A DNA stretch of 64,000 nt, taken from the NCBI RefSeq assembly GCF_006345805.1, contig NC_043025.1, positions 4,278,001 through 4,342,000 of the forward strand. The letters are read 5' to 3'. Of the stretch, positions 12,515-23,383 are shown one piece after another. Position 1 is the first letter of the stretch. Every line of letters begins with the position of its first letter. Source of the stretch: Octopus sinensis. Its lineage: Eukaryota. The notes below the pieces were generated by a model. That model did no database searches. It was given only the letters and a program-made list of their open reading frames with translations, and was not told where the DNA came from. The position numbers were made by a program, and so were the translations under genes.

Positions 12515-13183
12515 TTATTCAAATTTTTTTGAAAGTCCGCACATATCCATAGAAACATCCCACATTTTCTGGGCCAAAGTTTTATTCTTAGCACATGCAG
12601 ACATATTCTTTGAAATCTCAACATTTTCGAAATAACAGCCACTGACCTTCTCCAAACTTGGATCAACAGCCATGTATACAACAGTTAACGCTGCATTCTT
12701 GGATGTACGACCAATTATTGAGGATGCCCAACCTAAGCAGCGGAAATATGCTTTTAGAATCATGGAGGTGCTATGAACATACCATATACCAGTAAAAGTA
12801 TAACCAGGATTCATGCTATTGGCTGTTACATTGTCTGCAGATAGCTTCTCAGCCAGTACATTTGTTTGCCAGATCTGAGCAAGTTTACTAAGATGATAGT
12901 TTTTCAAGTTGGGATATTTAACGCCAGTTGTGGACGATGAATTATTTGGTTGAAAAGAAATGTTTGATTCTATTATGTAAGCATGCAACAAAGAGCTTAC
13001 ATTAATTATGCGGCTTGGAGCAGATTTCTTGAGCAAATCCAAAAGCAGGTAGGTCAGAAGGAATGGCCCTGTGAAGTTGACGCCAAAAATTATATCATAT
13101 CCTTGTTTTGTTGTCTTCCTCAGGTCTGTGCTAAGACCTGCATTGTTGATCAGGACATCCAGTTGTTTTTCTGTATCTATAAT
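12515..13183 (-). CDS. SDR (retinol dehydrogenase 11-14-like) paralogue 1, exon 2
   Basis: Acceptor TTATAG at 13184-85; IIDTEKQLDVLINNAG...GVNFTGPF...INVSS...YHLSK...NPG; stop TAA 12515-17; 669 nt, phase 0. Confidence 0.95.
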   Translation of the reverse strand: MIDTEKQLDVLINNAGLSTDLRKTTKQGYDIIFGVNFTGPFLLTYLLLDLLKKSAPSRIINVSSLLHAYIIESNISFQPNNSSSTTGVKYPNLKNYHLSKLAQIWQTNVLAEKLSADNVTANSMNPGYTFTGIWYVHSTSMILKAYFRCLGWASSIIGRTSKNAALTVVYMAVDPSLEKVSGCYFENVEISKNMSACAKNKTLAQKMWDVSMDMCGLSKKFE

Positions 13184-13273
13184 CTATAACGGAAACAAAA
13201 AAATGGTTAAACCATAAATTATAAGGAAGTACAGATAGCATTACAACTTTTATTATTATCATTATTAATGTGG

Positions 13274-13497
13274 AAGCCATTTAAGAAACACAAAAGCCGT
13301 TCGATTCACTTCAACATTTAAGTTTAATTTGTCAAAATATTTTCGTCACGGTCTTAAAGCGACGAAAATATTTTGACAAATTAAACTTGAATGTTGAAGT
13401 GAATCGAACGGCTTTTGTGTGTTTCTTAAATGGCTTATAAACACCTTCCACGCTGCAATTGTTTTCGTTTCAGCACACGATCTCAGATCAAGTCACT
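13274..13497. mobile_element. Penelope-type terminal element with inverted, truncated copy
   Basis: Inverted arms 13274-13347 and 13361-13436 with a 13-bp spacer; same family as 19676-19878 and 17143-17280. Confidence 0.7.
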
Positions 13498-13837
13498 TGC
13501 TATGCAAGTACATCTCCATTATTAATGTATCGTATCTAAATAGAGCGTTCGTTAGGTGAGTGGATAGGGGTAGAATATGTTTTCTTTTATTCTTTTACTT
13601 CAGACACTTGACTGTGGCCATGCTGGAGTACAACCTTTACTCGAACAAATCAACAACAGGACTTATTATTTATAAGCTTAGTGCTTATTCTACCATTCTC
13701 TTTTGCCAAACCACTAAGTTACAGGGATGTAAACACACCAACACACCATCAAGCGATGGTGAGGGAACAAACACAGACACACAAATACATAGATATACAT
13801 GACAACCAGTCGTTGGTGTGTGTATATATATATGTAT

Positions 13838-14137
13838 ATCACCGTGACTGACCAGGCTATCAGATGTTGCTACACATCGCTGGTCACAATGCGCTTCGCA
13901 TTGTTTTAGCCTTCAAATGACACCATCCCACTGGCTAAGCGAGCAGGCCAACAGAGGAAAGAGTGAAAGTTGTGGCGAAAGAGTACAGCAGGGAACACCA
14001 CCACCACCCCCTGCCGGAGCCTCATGGAGCTTTAGGTGTTTCCACTCAATAAACACTCACAACACCCGGTCTGGGAATCGAAACCACGATCCTACGACCG
14101 CGAGTCTGCTGCTCTAACCACAGGGCCATTGCGCCTC
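13838..14137 (-). mobile_element. tRNA-derived SINE family D
   Basis: Head GAGGCGCAATGGCCC..TGGTTAG..GGTTTCGATTCCCAGACCGGG; other copies near 58660, 60530 and 62500. Confidence 0.85.
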
Positions 14138-14139
14138 CA

Positions 14140-14169
14140 AATATATGCATGTATATATGTATGTGCATG

Positions 14170-14219
<50 letters not shown>

Positions 14220-14304
14220 TGTATATATATTATATATTATATAATATATATATACATATGCATGTATATATATATATATATATGCCTATATATATATATG
14301 CATG

Positions 14305-14337
<33 letters not shown>

Positions 14338-14498
14338 TATATATATGCCTATATATATATATGCATACATATATATATGTATATATATATATATATATGC
14401 CTATATATATATGCATGTATATATATATATATATATATAAATGCATGTATGTATATATATATATAAATGCATGTATATATATATATAAATGCATGTAT

Positions 14499-14595
<97 letters not shown>

Positions 14596-14612
14596 TACAT
14601 ATATATATGTAT
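14140..14612. repeat. (TA)n microsatellite punctuated by TGCA/GCC
   Basis: About 470 bp of almost pure TA. Confidence 0.95.
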
Positions 14613-14846
14613 AGAGTGGAGGTGCGCTTCGGGAGTGAGGAGGAAGCAAAAAGCAATCCACTGTACCTTTAAGAACTGCAAAGTGAGCACTCCTGCCTAC
14701 CTATTGCGGAAAACGTGCCGCAAGAGTGAGAATAGGGTTTTGTGTTGTACGTCTTTGTAACGTCCCCTCTTTTCTAGGCTATATGCTGGTAATAAAGATA
14801 AAAGGACGTTGGTGTTGCCTTTGCGCTCTCTGAGTGCTCTTGTTAC

Positions 14847-14879
<33 letters not shown>

Positions 14880-15635
14880 GGCGGTGAGAATCTTTGACAT
14901 GACGAACTAAATTCTTAGTAGAATTTCTTCTGGCTTTGCATTCTGGGTTCAATTCCTACTGAGTCTGACTTTGACTTTCAACCTTTTCGGTGTCAATAAA
15001 AGAAGTACATGTTGAGAACATGTAATTGACTACTCCTTACCCTGAAAATTGCTGGCCCTTCTGAGCGCTGGGGCTCATGCACTCGTCTAGCAAAGCTTGC
15101 CGCAGACAGTGATGGATACAAAAGAGGAGAACAAACGATTCTTAAAGAACCGCATTGGCATGGAGGAGTTTGGGAGAAATCGCCAAAGTCAAAAGACACT
15201 TGGGACAAGTGGACAGATTGAAACGAGGAGAATTGTAGAATGAAAGCAAAAGAATAAAATAGGAAACAATATGTGTAATAAAAGATACAGAATATAAAAA
15301 AAAACCACGCAAAATCCCCGTCAAAACAGAGAAATTTCAATTTAGGCGGGCAACTTATCCTCGACCCCGTCGGACTGTTTTCTCCCGTGTACTTGAAAAT
15401 CACCCATTGTGCCCCGCCCGCCTTCGTTCACCGAGAAGAGACCCACTTGTTAAATCAATTGGAAACTAGGCTAGCCATTGTTCGTCGTTCCATTTAAAAC
15501 AAATCCAGTAGTTTGCCTTCCCCACTATAACCTGAATATCATTCATTATTGCTTTTGTTTTATGTTAATCTAGCGGCAACACACTCCTTGTACGTTAACC
15601 AGAGTTACCTCCACTTATTCTTCTTGTGATATGGA

Positions 15636-16374
15636 CCGTATATACCCGACTATAAAACGTCCCCGCCCACAAAATGCACCCCCGACTTACAAGGTTCAAA
15701 TCGGGAATTTTATCGTTGGCCCGACTATAAGTCACAGAAACTTTTTTGATGTTGGAGGCAAGGTTCGATTAGGAATCGAACCAACATAGTTGCTGCTTGG
15801 CAACCGAGCTTTCAGTAAGCTGAACATGATTTACAGCAACCGTTATCCTATGAAGTCCATGCATTTTAGAAACCGTTGTTTAAAATGTAAAATTTTATCC
15901 TCTTTCAAACGCCAATCCCTGACCATTTTTCTGAGACCCCAAATTCTCTTTCTGCAGCTCGATTCGAATGAGACTTCGCGTATTCATCAACTTTCAGCTT
16001 GAAAGTGATATCATACGAAATCTCTTTTCTCTTCTTGTTACCAAATAACAGTGCGTCGAATTAAAAGACAGGTACAATACAAAAACAAACAAGCATTAAA
16101 CTAACTTTGCAAAAATTAATTGTTTCTTTCATACTAACAGAAGTAAAGAAATATATAAAGAAATATCTGGAGATTATCTTCCGTGTACTTCTTGGCTTCG
16201 GAATTAGTGATTTGCGTTTTTTCGGTTTTTCCAAGTGTCGAAAGTTCAGAGGTGGCTTGTACCTAGAAAATATCTGTAGATTTTTTTTTCTAGGATGCAC
16301 TTATAATTCGCACCCCAAAAATTTAGGTGAAATTTTCAGGGGAAAAAATGCGACTTATAGCCGAGTATATACGG
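15636..16374. mobile_element. Tc1/mariner (pogo/Tigger-like) non-autonomous element in the SDR1 intron
   Basis: Terminal inverted repeats CCGTATATAC(C/T)CG(A/G)CTATAA at both ends; TA target duplication not preserved. Confidence 0.6.
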
Positions 16375-16442
16375 CAGGTGAGTACAGAATGAAGAAAGCA
16401 AACATGAAGAGGGGGAAACAAGTGCTATACAACAAAACTTAC

Positions 16443-16778
16443 CTCTTTTGCACATTTTCGGACACTGTCCAGGTCAGATAGATCCAAATGGACAATACTG
16501 ACCATTTTTCGATCAACACCAGTTGAAGAAAGTATTTCGTCGACTGCTGCCTTCGTCTTCGTTAAGTTACGGCATGCTAAGATGACTCTGGCTCCTCGCG
16601 AGAGAAGATGTTCAGCCGCTGCCTTTCCGATCCCCGAAGAAGCACCTGTAATTAGTACGGTTTTACCATCCATCCTAGCTTGGCTGTCGTATTTTAATGT
16701 TTTACAATGGTATATTACGCATGACAATAAATAAGCACCCAATGCCACGCCTGCTAGTGATAATATATATATAATCAT
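16443..16778 (-). CDS. SDR paralogue 1, exon 1
   Basis: ATG at 16778; hydrophobic signal-anchor; TGASSGIG Rossmann motif; ACR (NADP-type); donor GAG|GTAAGT; 336 nt. Confidence 0.95.
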
Positions 16779-17081
16779 GATCGTTTAATTTTTTCGTTTT
16801 ATTTTTCTATCTCACGCAATTGAACTGTACGTCTTGCAAAAGTATGGCATACTAAAGATAAAAAGTATGGGATACCCGCTTTGTTTGGCAATGGAGGCTT
16901 CCTATTGGCTAAAATTACATCAGCATACAACACTATAAACTTATATATATATATTAATAAATAAAACATATGCATATATATATACATATATGTACTACCT
17001 ACCTCTACATGTATATATACACGCATATATGAGTACAGGACACCAAAAAAACGTCGAACACAATGAGAAACGAAAACATAG

Positions 17082-17122
<41 letters not shown>

Positions 17123-17275
17123 GGAGGTGCACTCGCATACCAAGTGATTTGATCTGAGATCGTTTGCTGGAACGAAAACAATTGCTCCGGGGAAGGTGTT
17201 TGTAAGCCAATTAATAAACACACAAAAGCCGTTCGATTCACTTCAACATTTAAGTTTAACACCTTCCACGCTGCA

Positions 17276-17329
<54 letters not shown>

Positions 17330-17515
17330 AAATGAGAAAATGGAGAAATATATCTAAATCATTCATCAACTATCAGATAATACCGAATCATATACTTTAT
17401 TAAAACACTACACAAGAGCATTAAGATTAGCCATTAATACAGTACAATAATTACAATCAATATAATGAGATATAACTAAATAAATATAACAAGATATAAA
17501 AATACATATTCATTA

Positions 17516-17632
17516 TAACTGACAGCTGTTTCGGCCATGCAGATAGGTATGTCTCATTTAACCTATATTAGCCATATATTGCAGGTATAAATGAGACTTT
17601 AACAAAATTATCTTACGGCCTCTTCGGAGATT
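17516..17632 (-). ncRNA. Hammerhead-like motif with long stem II insertion (Penelope-type end)
   Basis: CCGAAGA-GGCC...(~80 nt)...GGCC-GAAA-CAGCTG-TC-AGTT; palindromic stem III ACAGCTGT; stem I weak. Confidence 0.5.
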
Positions 17633-17741
17633 CTAATGTAAGTATGAGTACATACCCAAAAATCATTTACATATAAATATAAATATGAGTGCATATATAC
17701 TCATATCCTTATATGGAGGGTTGAATTTACAACCCCTATCT

Positions 17742-17814
<73 letters not shown>

Positions 17815-18312
17815 GGTTTGGAACTGATGTACAGGTATTATATATTAGAAGAAATGAGGTACTCAGAAATTCGGATGGTTTTATATTTACAGATATTTAT
17901 TTGTATGTTACATGTTTTTATACATCATATATCGTATATCATATATTAACGCTTTCGTCCACTCTAGTGGAGTTGTCAAATTGAACTTTTGCAGGAATGT
18001 TGTCTCTTTTTATAGTATTATTGAGTGTGTAGGGGTGGAGAAAGATATAAGATAGTACAAGATGGTGAGGAATGAGGAGAAAGTGAGAGAGAGCGCGCGC
18101 GTGTGTGTTTGTATCTGAAAGAGTGTTAAAGAAAAAGAGAAGGAATGGAAGAAGGAGAGAAAGAAGAAAAAATCCGTTGATATCTTTGCAGCTGGTCAGT
18201 CTTTCAATAGTAAATGGTTCTTGGATTTTAGAAATGGCAAACCCAGCTGGTCACTCCAAGGTGGGAAAAATGTCACTTTCCAAAAAATTGCCTGGATTTC
18301 TTTTTATCATTG

Positions 18313-18344
<32 letters not shown>

Positions 18345-18479
18345 AAGAGAGTGTGTGTGTGTGTGTGTGTGTGTGTGCAGATTTGTATGTTTTACTTTAT
18401 GTATGTATTCTTATGCATATAGTTGCATATCTACACGCACTCATATATATTTAAATGATAAACTTCTGCAAAGTTTTAC

Positions 18480-19560
18480 AGAGTTTTACAGTTCCAGTGA
18501 TGGGTTGGATCTGTAGTCCTCGAATTAGCTTTCTCTTTTCCAGTTTTGAGAAGCCTAATTTCTCAAGATTGGTACTTAGTGTGTTCCATATCCCAGGGCC
18601 CCAATGATTACGGGTATAAAGCTAAAAAAAGGCGTCGAGCTGGCAGAATCGTTAGCACGCCGGGCGAAATGCGTGGCCGTATTTCGTCTGCCGTTACGTT
18701 CTGAGTTCAAATTCCGCCGGGGTCGACTTTGCCTTTCATCCTTTCGGGGTCGATTAAATAAGTACCAGTTACGCACTGGGGTCGATATAATCGACTTAAT
18801 CCGTTTGTCTGTCCTTGTTTGTCCCCTCTGTGTTTAGCCCCTTGTGGGTAGTAAAGAAATAGGTATTTCTTCTGCCACTACGTTCTGAGTTCAAATACCG
18901 CCGAGGTCGACTTTGCCTTTCATCCTTTCGGGGTCGATTAAATAAGTACCAGTTACGCACTGGGGTCGATGTAATCAACTTAATCCGTTTGTCTGTCCTT
19001 GTTTGTCCTCTCTGTGTTTAGCCCCTTGTGGGTAGTAAAGAAATAGGTATTTCTTCTGCCACTACGTTCTGAGTTCAAATACCGCCGAGGTCGACTTTGC
19101 CTTTCATCCTTTCGGGGTCGATTAAATAAGTACCAGTTACGCACTGGGGTCGATGTAATCAACTTAATCCGTTTGTCTGTCCTTGTTTGTCCTCTCTGTG
19201 TTTAGCCCCTTGTGGGTAGTAAAGAAATAGGTATAAAGCTAAATTTGTAATCTGGATAGATTGACTGTAGATTCCTCGATAGTTCACCATAGATATTCTC
19301 TTTTTCACTGATCTTCAGCTTTATGTTAACATCCACTGAGCAGCCAATTTCCACAATTGTGCACAGTTTCTCTATCCCAAATCATTATATTGTGCTTACA
19401 TTTTATTGAGGTCTTCTGTGGGATATTGCACCAGTACTCCTTTTTATTATGAGTGGCTATGGCTTCTACCATACTGTGGATTCTTATTTCTTTGTTCCAG
19501 GGATTATCCTTTCGATGGATTTCATTAAGAGTGTCCTAGCTGCAATATCATGTCCCATTG
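18480..19560 (-). mobile_element. R4/NeSL-type LINE 3' fragment (restriction-like endonuclease region) split by a SINE B array
   Basis: EYWCN...WDREKLCTIVEIGC...EKENIY...FSFIPVIIGALG; TSD-like ATAAAGCTAAA flanks the SINE. Confidence 0.7.
18631..19234 (+). mobile_element. SINE family B trimer (184-bp period)
   Basis: Head plus two near-identical head-truncated units joined at AGGTAT|TTC. Confidence 0.9.
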
Positions 19561-19675
19561 GTAGATAATACGTTGATAAGGGGACAATACTCTGAAATTA
19601 GTTTGTAGATGCCAGACCGGCAAAGGGAAGCGGCCGACCCTTGGCGATAACTATTTATATATATATATATATATA

Positions 19676-19878
19676 CAATGCAGCACGGACTTTGTCAGTG
19701 AACAGGTCGCGGATTTTAGCGACGAAAATATTTTGACAAATTAAACTTAAATGTTGGAGTGAATCGAACGGCTTTTGTGTGTTTCTTAAATGGCTTATAA
19801 ACCCCCTCCACGCTGCAATTGTTTTCGTTTCAGCACACGATCTCAGATCAAATTACTTGCTATGCGAGTACATCTCCG
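19676..19878 (+). mobile_element. Penelope-type short element carrying a variant hammerhead
   Basis: Homologous to 13361-13497; flanked by (TA)n. Confidence 0.7.
19691..19740 (+). ncRNA. Minimal type I hammerhead ribozyme with compensated G3:C8 core
   Basis: TTTGTCA-GTGAACA-G-GTCGC/GGATTTTA/GCGAC-GAAA-ATAT-TT-TGACAAA: 7-bp stem I, 5-bp stem II, palindromic AATATT stem III. Confidence 0.7.
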
Positions 19879-19925
<47 letters not shown>

Positions 19926-19985
19926 TATATATATAAATATATATATATATAAATAGTTATCGCCAAGGGTCGGCCGCTTCCCTTT

Positions 19986-20388
19986 GTGTGGTAAGTAGCT
20001 TGTCTACCAACCGCATGGTTCCAGGTTCAGTCCCACTGAGTGGCACCTTGGGTAAGTGTCTTCTACTATAGCCTCGGGCCGACCAAAGCCTTGTGAGTGG
20101 ATTTGGTAGACGGAAACTGAAAGAAGCCCGTCATATATATGTATATTTATATATGTGTATGCGTATGCGTGTGTGTGTTTGTGTGTCTGTGTTTGTCACC
20201 TAGCATTGCTTGACAACCGATGCTGGTGTGTTTATGTCCCCGTCACTTAGCGGTTCGGCAAAAAGGGACCGATAAAATAAGTACTGGGCTTATAAAAGAA
20301 TAAGTCCCGGGGTCGAGTTGCTCGATTAAAGGCGGTGCTCCAGCATGGCCGCAGTCAAATGATGAAAGAAGTAAAAGAGTAAAAGAGT
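19986..20388 (+). mobile_element. SINE family A, 5'-truncated, with a long (>=36 bp) target duplication
   Basis: AAATAGTTATCGCCAAGGGTCGGCCGCTTCCCTTTG occurs on both sides. Confidence 0.85.
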
Positions 20389-20719
20389 ATATATATATAA
20401 ATAGTTATCGCCAAGGGTCGGCCGCTTCCCTTTGCCGGTCTGGCATCTACAAACTAGTTTCAGAGTATTGTCCCCTTATCAACGTAGCGCAGCCCGAAGC
20501 CAACAGGCGGCGCTGCTGACCGTCTGTTCGAAGGATTGTTTACATTGTTTACTGGTTTTCCAAAAAATTGAGATATTAATATTTCTATGTCTCTCTCTAA
20601 AGGAGACCACAGCAGCGGTACTGGACATTAGTAGTTATCGCCACGCTAACATGGCAAGCTGGACCCCCAACAGTTCAATTGCATGAGATAGAAAAACAAA
20701 ACGAAATAATTAAACGATC

Positions 20720-21055
20720 ATGATTATATATATATTATCACTAGCAGGCGTGGCATTGGGTGCTTATTTATTGTCATGGCTTAGATGCCATTCTAAAGCA
20801 TTAAAATACGACAGCCAAGCTAGGGTGGATGGTAAAACCGTACTAATTACAGGTGCTTCTTCGGGGATCGGAAAGGCAACGGCTGAACACCTCCTCTCGC
20901 GAGGAGCCAGAGTCATCTTAGCATGCCGTAACTTAACGAAGACGAAGACGGCAGTCGATGAAATACTTTCCTCAACTGGTGTTGATGGGAAAATGGTCAG
21001 TATTGTCCATTTGGATCTATCTGACCTGGACAGTGTCCGAAAATGTGCGAAAGAG
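20720..21055 (+). CDS. SDR (retinol dehydrogenase 11-14-like) paralogue 2, exon 1
   Basis: ATG at 20720; TGASSGIG; donor GAG|GTAAGT at 21056; 336 nt. Confidence 0.95.
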
Positions 21056-21065
21056 GTAAGTTTTG

Positions 21066-21495
21066 GGCAATGGGCGATCTTTCGTCTCTAGTAGACCTTT
21101 CCGTCGATTTCCGTAAAAAACATTTTTTTTTTTTTACATATGGGCTTGCGGGAACTTTTGAAGTAATGAGAGCGAAAGAGACTAAGAGAAAGCGATTGTA
21201 TGACGAGGGAAGTTCTTTTGAAGTTACCGTGCATGGGAAGCATTGATGTACATGTGTGTGTGTGTGTGTGTTTGATGGGGTGTGGGAGACAGACAGTATG
21301 TTGTGTAAGTGAAGTGCTTCTGTTAGTGTGTGAAGAGACAGAGTAATGTGTGAAAGAAAGAGATAACTGAAATTTTTTACTCGGTGTATGTGTATATGTA
21401 TGTATATTACTTCAAAAGTTCCCGCAAGCCCATATGTAAAAAAAAAAATTTTTACGAAAATCGACGGAAAGGTCTACTAGAGACGAAAGATCGCC
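21066..21495. mobile_element. Merlin-like MITE (GG termini, 8-bp TSD AAGTTTTG)
   Basis: Long TIRs GGCGATCTTTCGTCTCTAGTAGACC...; the paralogue-1 intron has the empty site GTAAGTTTTGTTG. Confidence 0.8.
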
Positions 21496-22029
21496 AAGTT
21501 TTGTTGTATAGCACTAGTTTCCCCCTCTTCACATTTGCTTTCTTCGTTGTGGGGCTGATGAAGTTTCACAGCACCTCTCCTTGAAAAATGCATGCTTTTA
21601 ATAAAAAAAAAAGAAAAAAAAGGCGATCCTTCGGTATAGGTACCGTAAGTGGCTTTGTTTACATTTCTGAAGATAACAGAAACCCTTTTCTCCCACCCCT
21701 AACCCTAACACCCCATATATAAAAAGTCACTTTCTTGAAATGTATCCGGTACTTACACCGGTACATATACCCGGTACTACTAGCAAACAGTGGCCCCGGT
21801 GCGCGCACACACGAATTCGCTCTAGCTAGTCGTGACTAGTTGATCCTACAACGACTACCTAGCAAAGTAAATAAAACACAAAATAAATAATTTTTCTTAA
21901 AGTATATAACACACAAAAACACAAAGTAAATTCTAACTGGGCCCCACCTGCAAGGTCATGTGCTATTTATCTTGATATGAGATCACCATGTCACGCACAT
22001 ATGGTTGTGATGCTGTGCCAAATTTTGGC

Positions 22030-22400
22030 ATTGAAAGCTACACCAATGCCAGAACAGGACGACACTGCATAGTACCAAAGATCCCAGCAATGCTATCACG
22101 CTTCAGGGACCAGTTACTGCAACAGCCTGGGTTTCAAGGGCCCACAGCTTTTTAATATTCTCCCAAAGAGTCTGAGGAATTTTGCACAAAGTAGATGTAG
22201 GGATTTTTAAATCAAAGCTGGACCTCTTCCTGTCGAGAGTCCCAGATGAGCCTACCTCACGGCAAGAGTTGCAAATGAGGGTAGCTATACCAAACTCCAT
22301 TCTTCATCAAGTGCCACATATTAGAGGAGGCTCCTAGTAATAACAGTGTAGCGCGAAACGGCGGTGCATCAGCATGGCTGCAGCTCTGAGCTGAAACTTT
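22030..22400 (+). mobile_element. CR1/L2-group LINE 3' fragment
   Basis: SLGFKGPQLFNILPKSLRN...KSKLDLFLSRVPDEP with a frameshift. Confidence 0.7.
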
Positions 22401-22454
22401 AAAAAAAAAAATAAAATATATAAAAAAAAAATTTATTCTGTTTATTATTTAGGC

Positions 22455-22690
22455 AGCGTGCTGGCAGACTCGTTAGCGCGCCGGGCGAAATGCTTAGCGG
22501 TATTTCGTCTGTCGTTACGTTCTGAGTTCAAATTCCGCCGAGGTCGACTTTACCTTTCATCCTTTCGGGGTCGATAAATAAAGTACCAGTTTTGCACTGG
22601 GTGGGGGGTCGATGTAATCGACTTAATCCCTTTGTCTGTCCTTGTTTGTCCCTTCTATGTTTAGTCCCTTGTGGGCAATAAAGAAATATA
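22455..22690 (+). mobile_element. SINE family B abutting the SDR2 branch/acceptor region
   Basis: Full head and body ending AAAGAAATAT just before the polypyrimidine tract. Confidence 0.9.
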
Positions 22691-22714
22691 TTATTTTTTT
22701 TTTGTCTCTTATAG

Positions 22715-23383
22715 GTTATAGATACAGAAAAGCAACTTGATGTCCTGATCAACAATGCAGGCGCTAACTCAGAGAAGGGGAAGACAACAAAACAGGGACA
22801 CAACTTTATTTTTGGTGCCAACTACATTGGACCATTCCTTCTGACCTACATGCTTTTGGATTTGCTTAAGAAATCTGCGCCAAGCCGCATAATTAATGTA
22901 AGCTCTTTAATGCATGCTTCAGTAAGAGAATCAGAGATTTCTTTTCATCCAAATAATTCATCGTCCTCACCTCGTGTTGAATTTCCGAACTGGAAAGACT
23001 ATGCATTTAGTAAACTTGCTCAGATCTGGCAAACAAATGTCCTGGCTGAGAAGCTATCTGCAGACAATGTAACAGCCAATAGCATGAATCCTGGTTATGT
23101 TTATTCTGGTATATGGTATGTTGGCGACTGTTCCATGTTTAGAAAAATATTTTTCCGTAGTTTAGGTTGGGCATCCTCAAAAATTGGTCGTACGTCCAAG
23201 GATGCAGCGTTAACTGTTGTATACATGGCTGTTGATCCAAGTTTGGAGAAGGTCAGTGGCTGTTATTTCGAAAATGTTGAGATTTCAAAGAATATGTCTG
23301 CATGTGCTAAGAATAAAACTTTGGCCCAGAAAATGTGGGATGTTTCTATGGATATGTGCGGACTTTCAAAAAAATTTGAATAA
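22715..23383 (+). CDS. SDR paralogue 2, exon 2
   Basis: Acceptor TTATAG at 22713-14; VIDTEKQLDVLINNAG...GANYIGPF...INVSS...YAFSK...NPG; stop TAA 23381-83; 669 nt. Confidence 0.95.
   Translation, partial: VIDTEKQLDVLINNAGANSEKGKTTKQGHNFIFGANYIGPFLLTYMLLDLLKKSAPSRIINVSSLMHASVRESEISFHPNNSSSSPRVEFPNWKDYAFSKLAQIWQTNVLAEKLSADNVTANSMNPGYVYSGIWYVGDCSMFRKIFFRSLGWASSKIGRTSKDAALTVVYMAVDPSLEKVSGCYFENVEISKNMSACAKNKTLAQKMWDVSMDMCGLSKKFE

Noticed and set aside
14036-14760. Y/I-rich ORFs (also 36181-36864 and 53769-54156)
   Set aside because: (TA)n repeats lack stop codons by chance
14625-14845. Possible Tx1/L1 ORF1 remnant ([12 protein letters not shown]...)
   Set aside because: Short and frameshifted; similarity too weak to call
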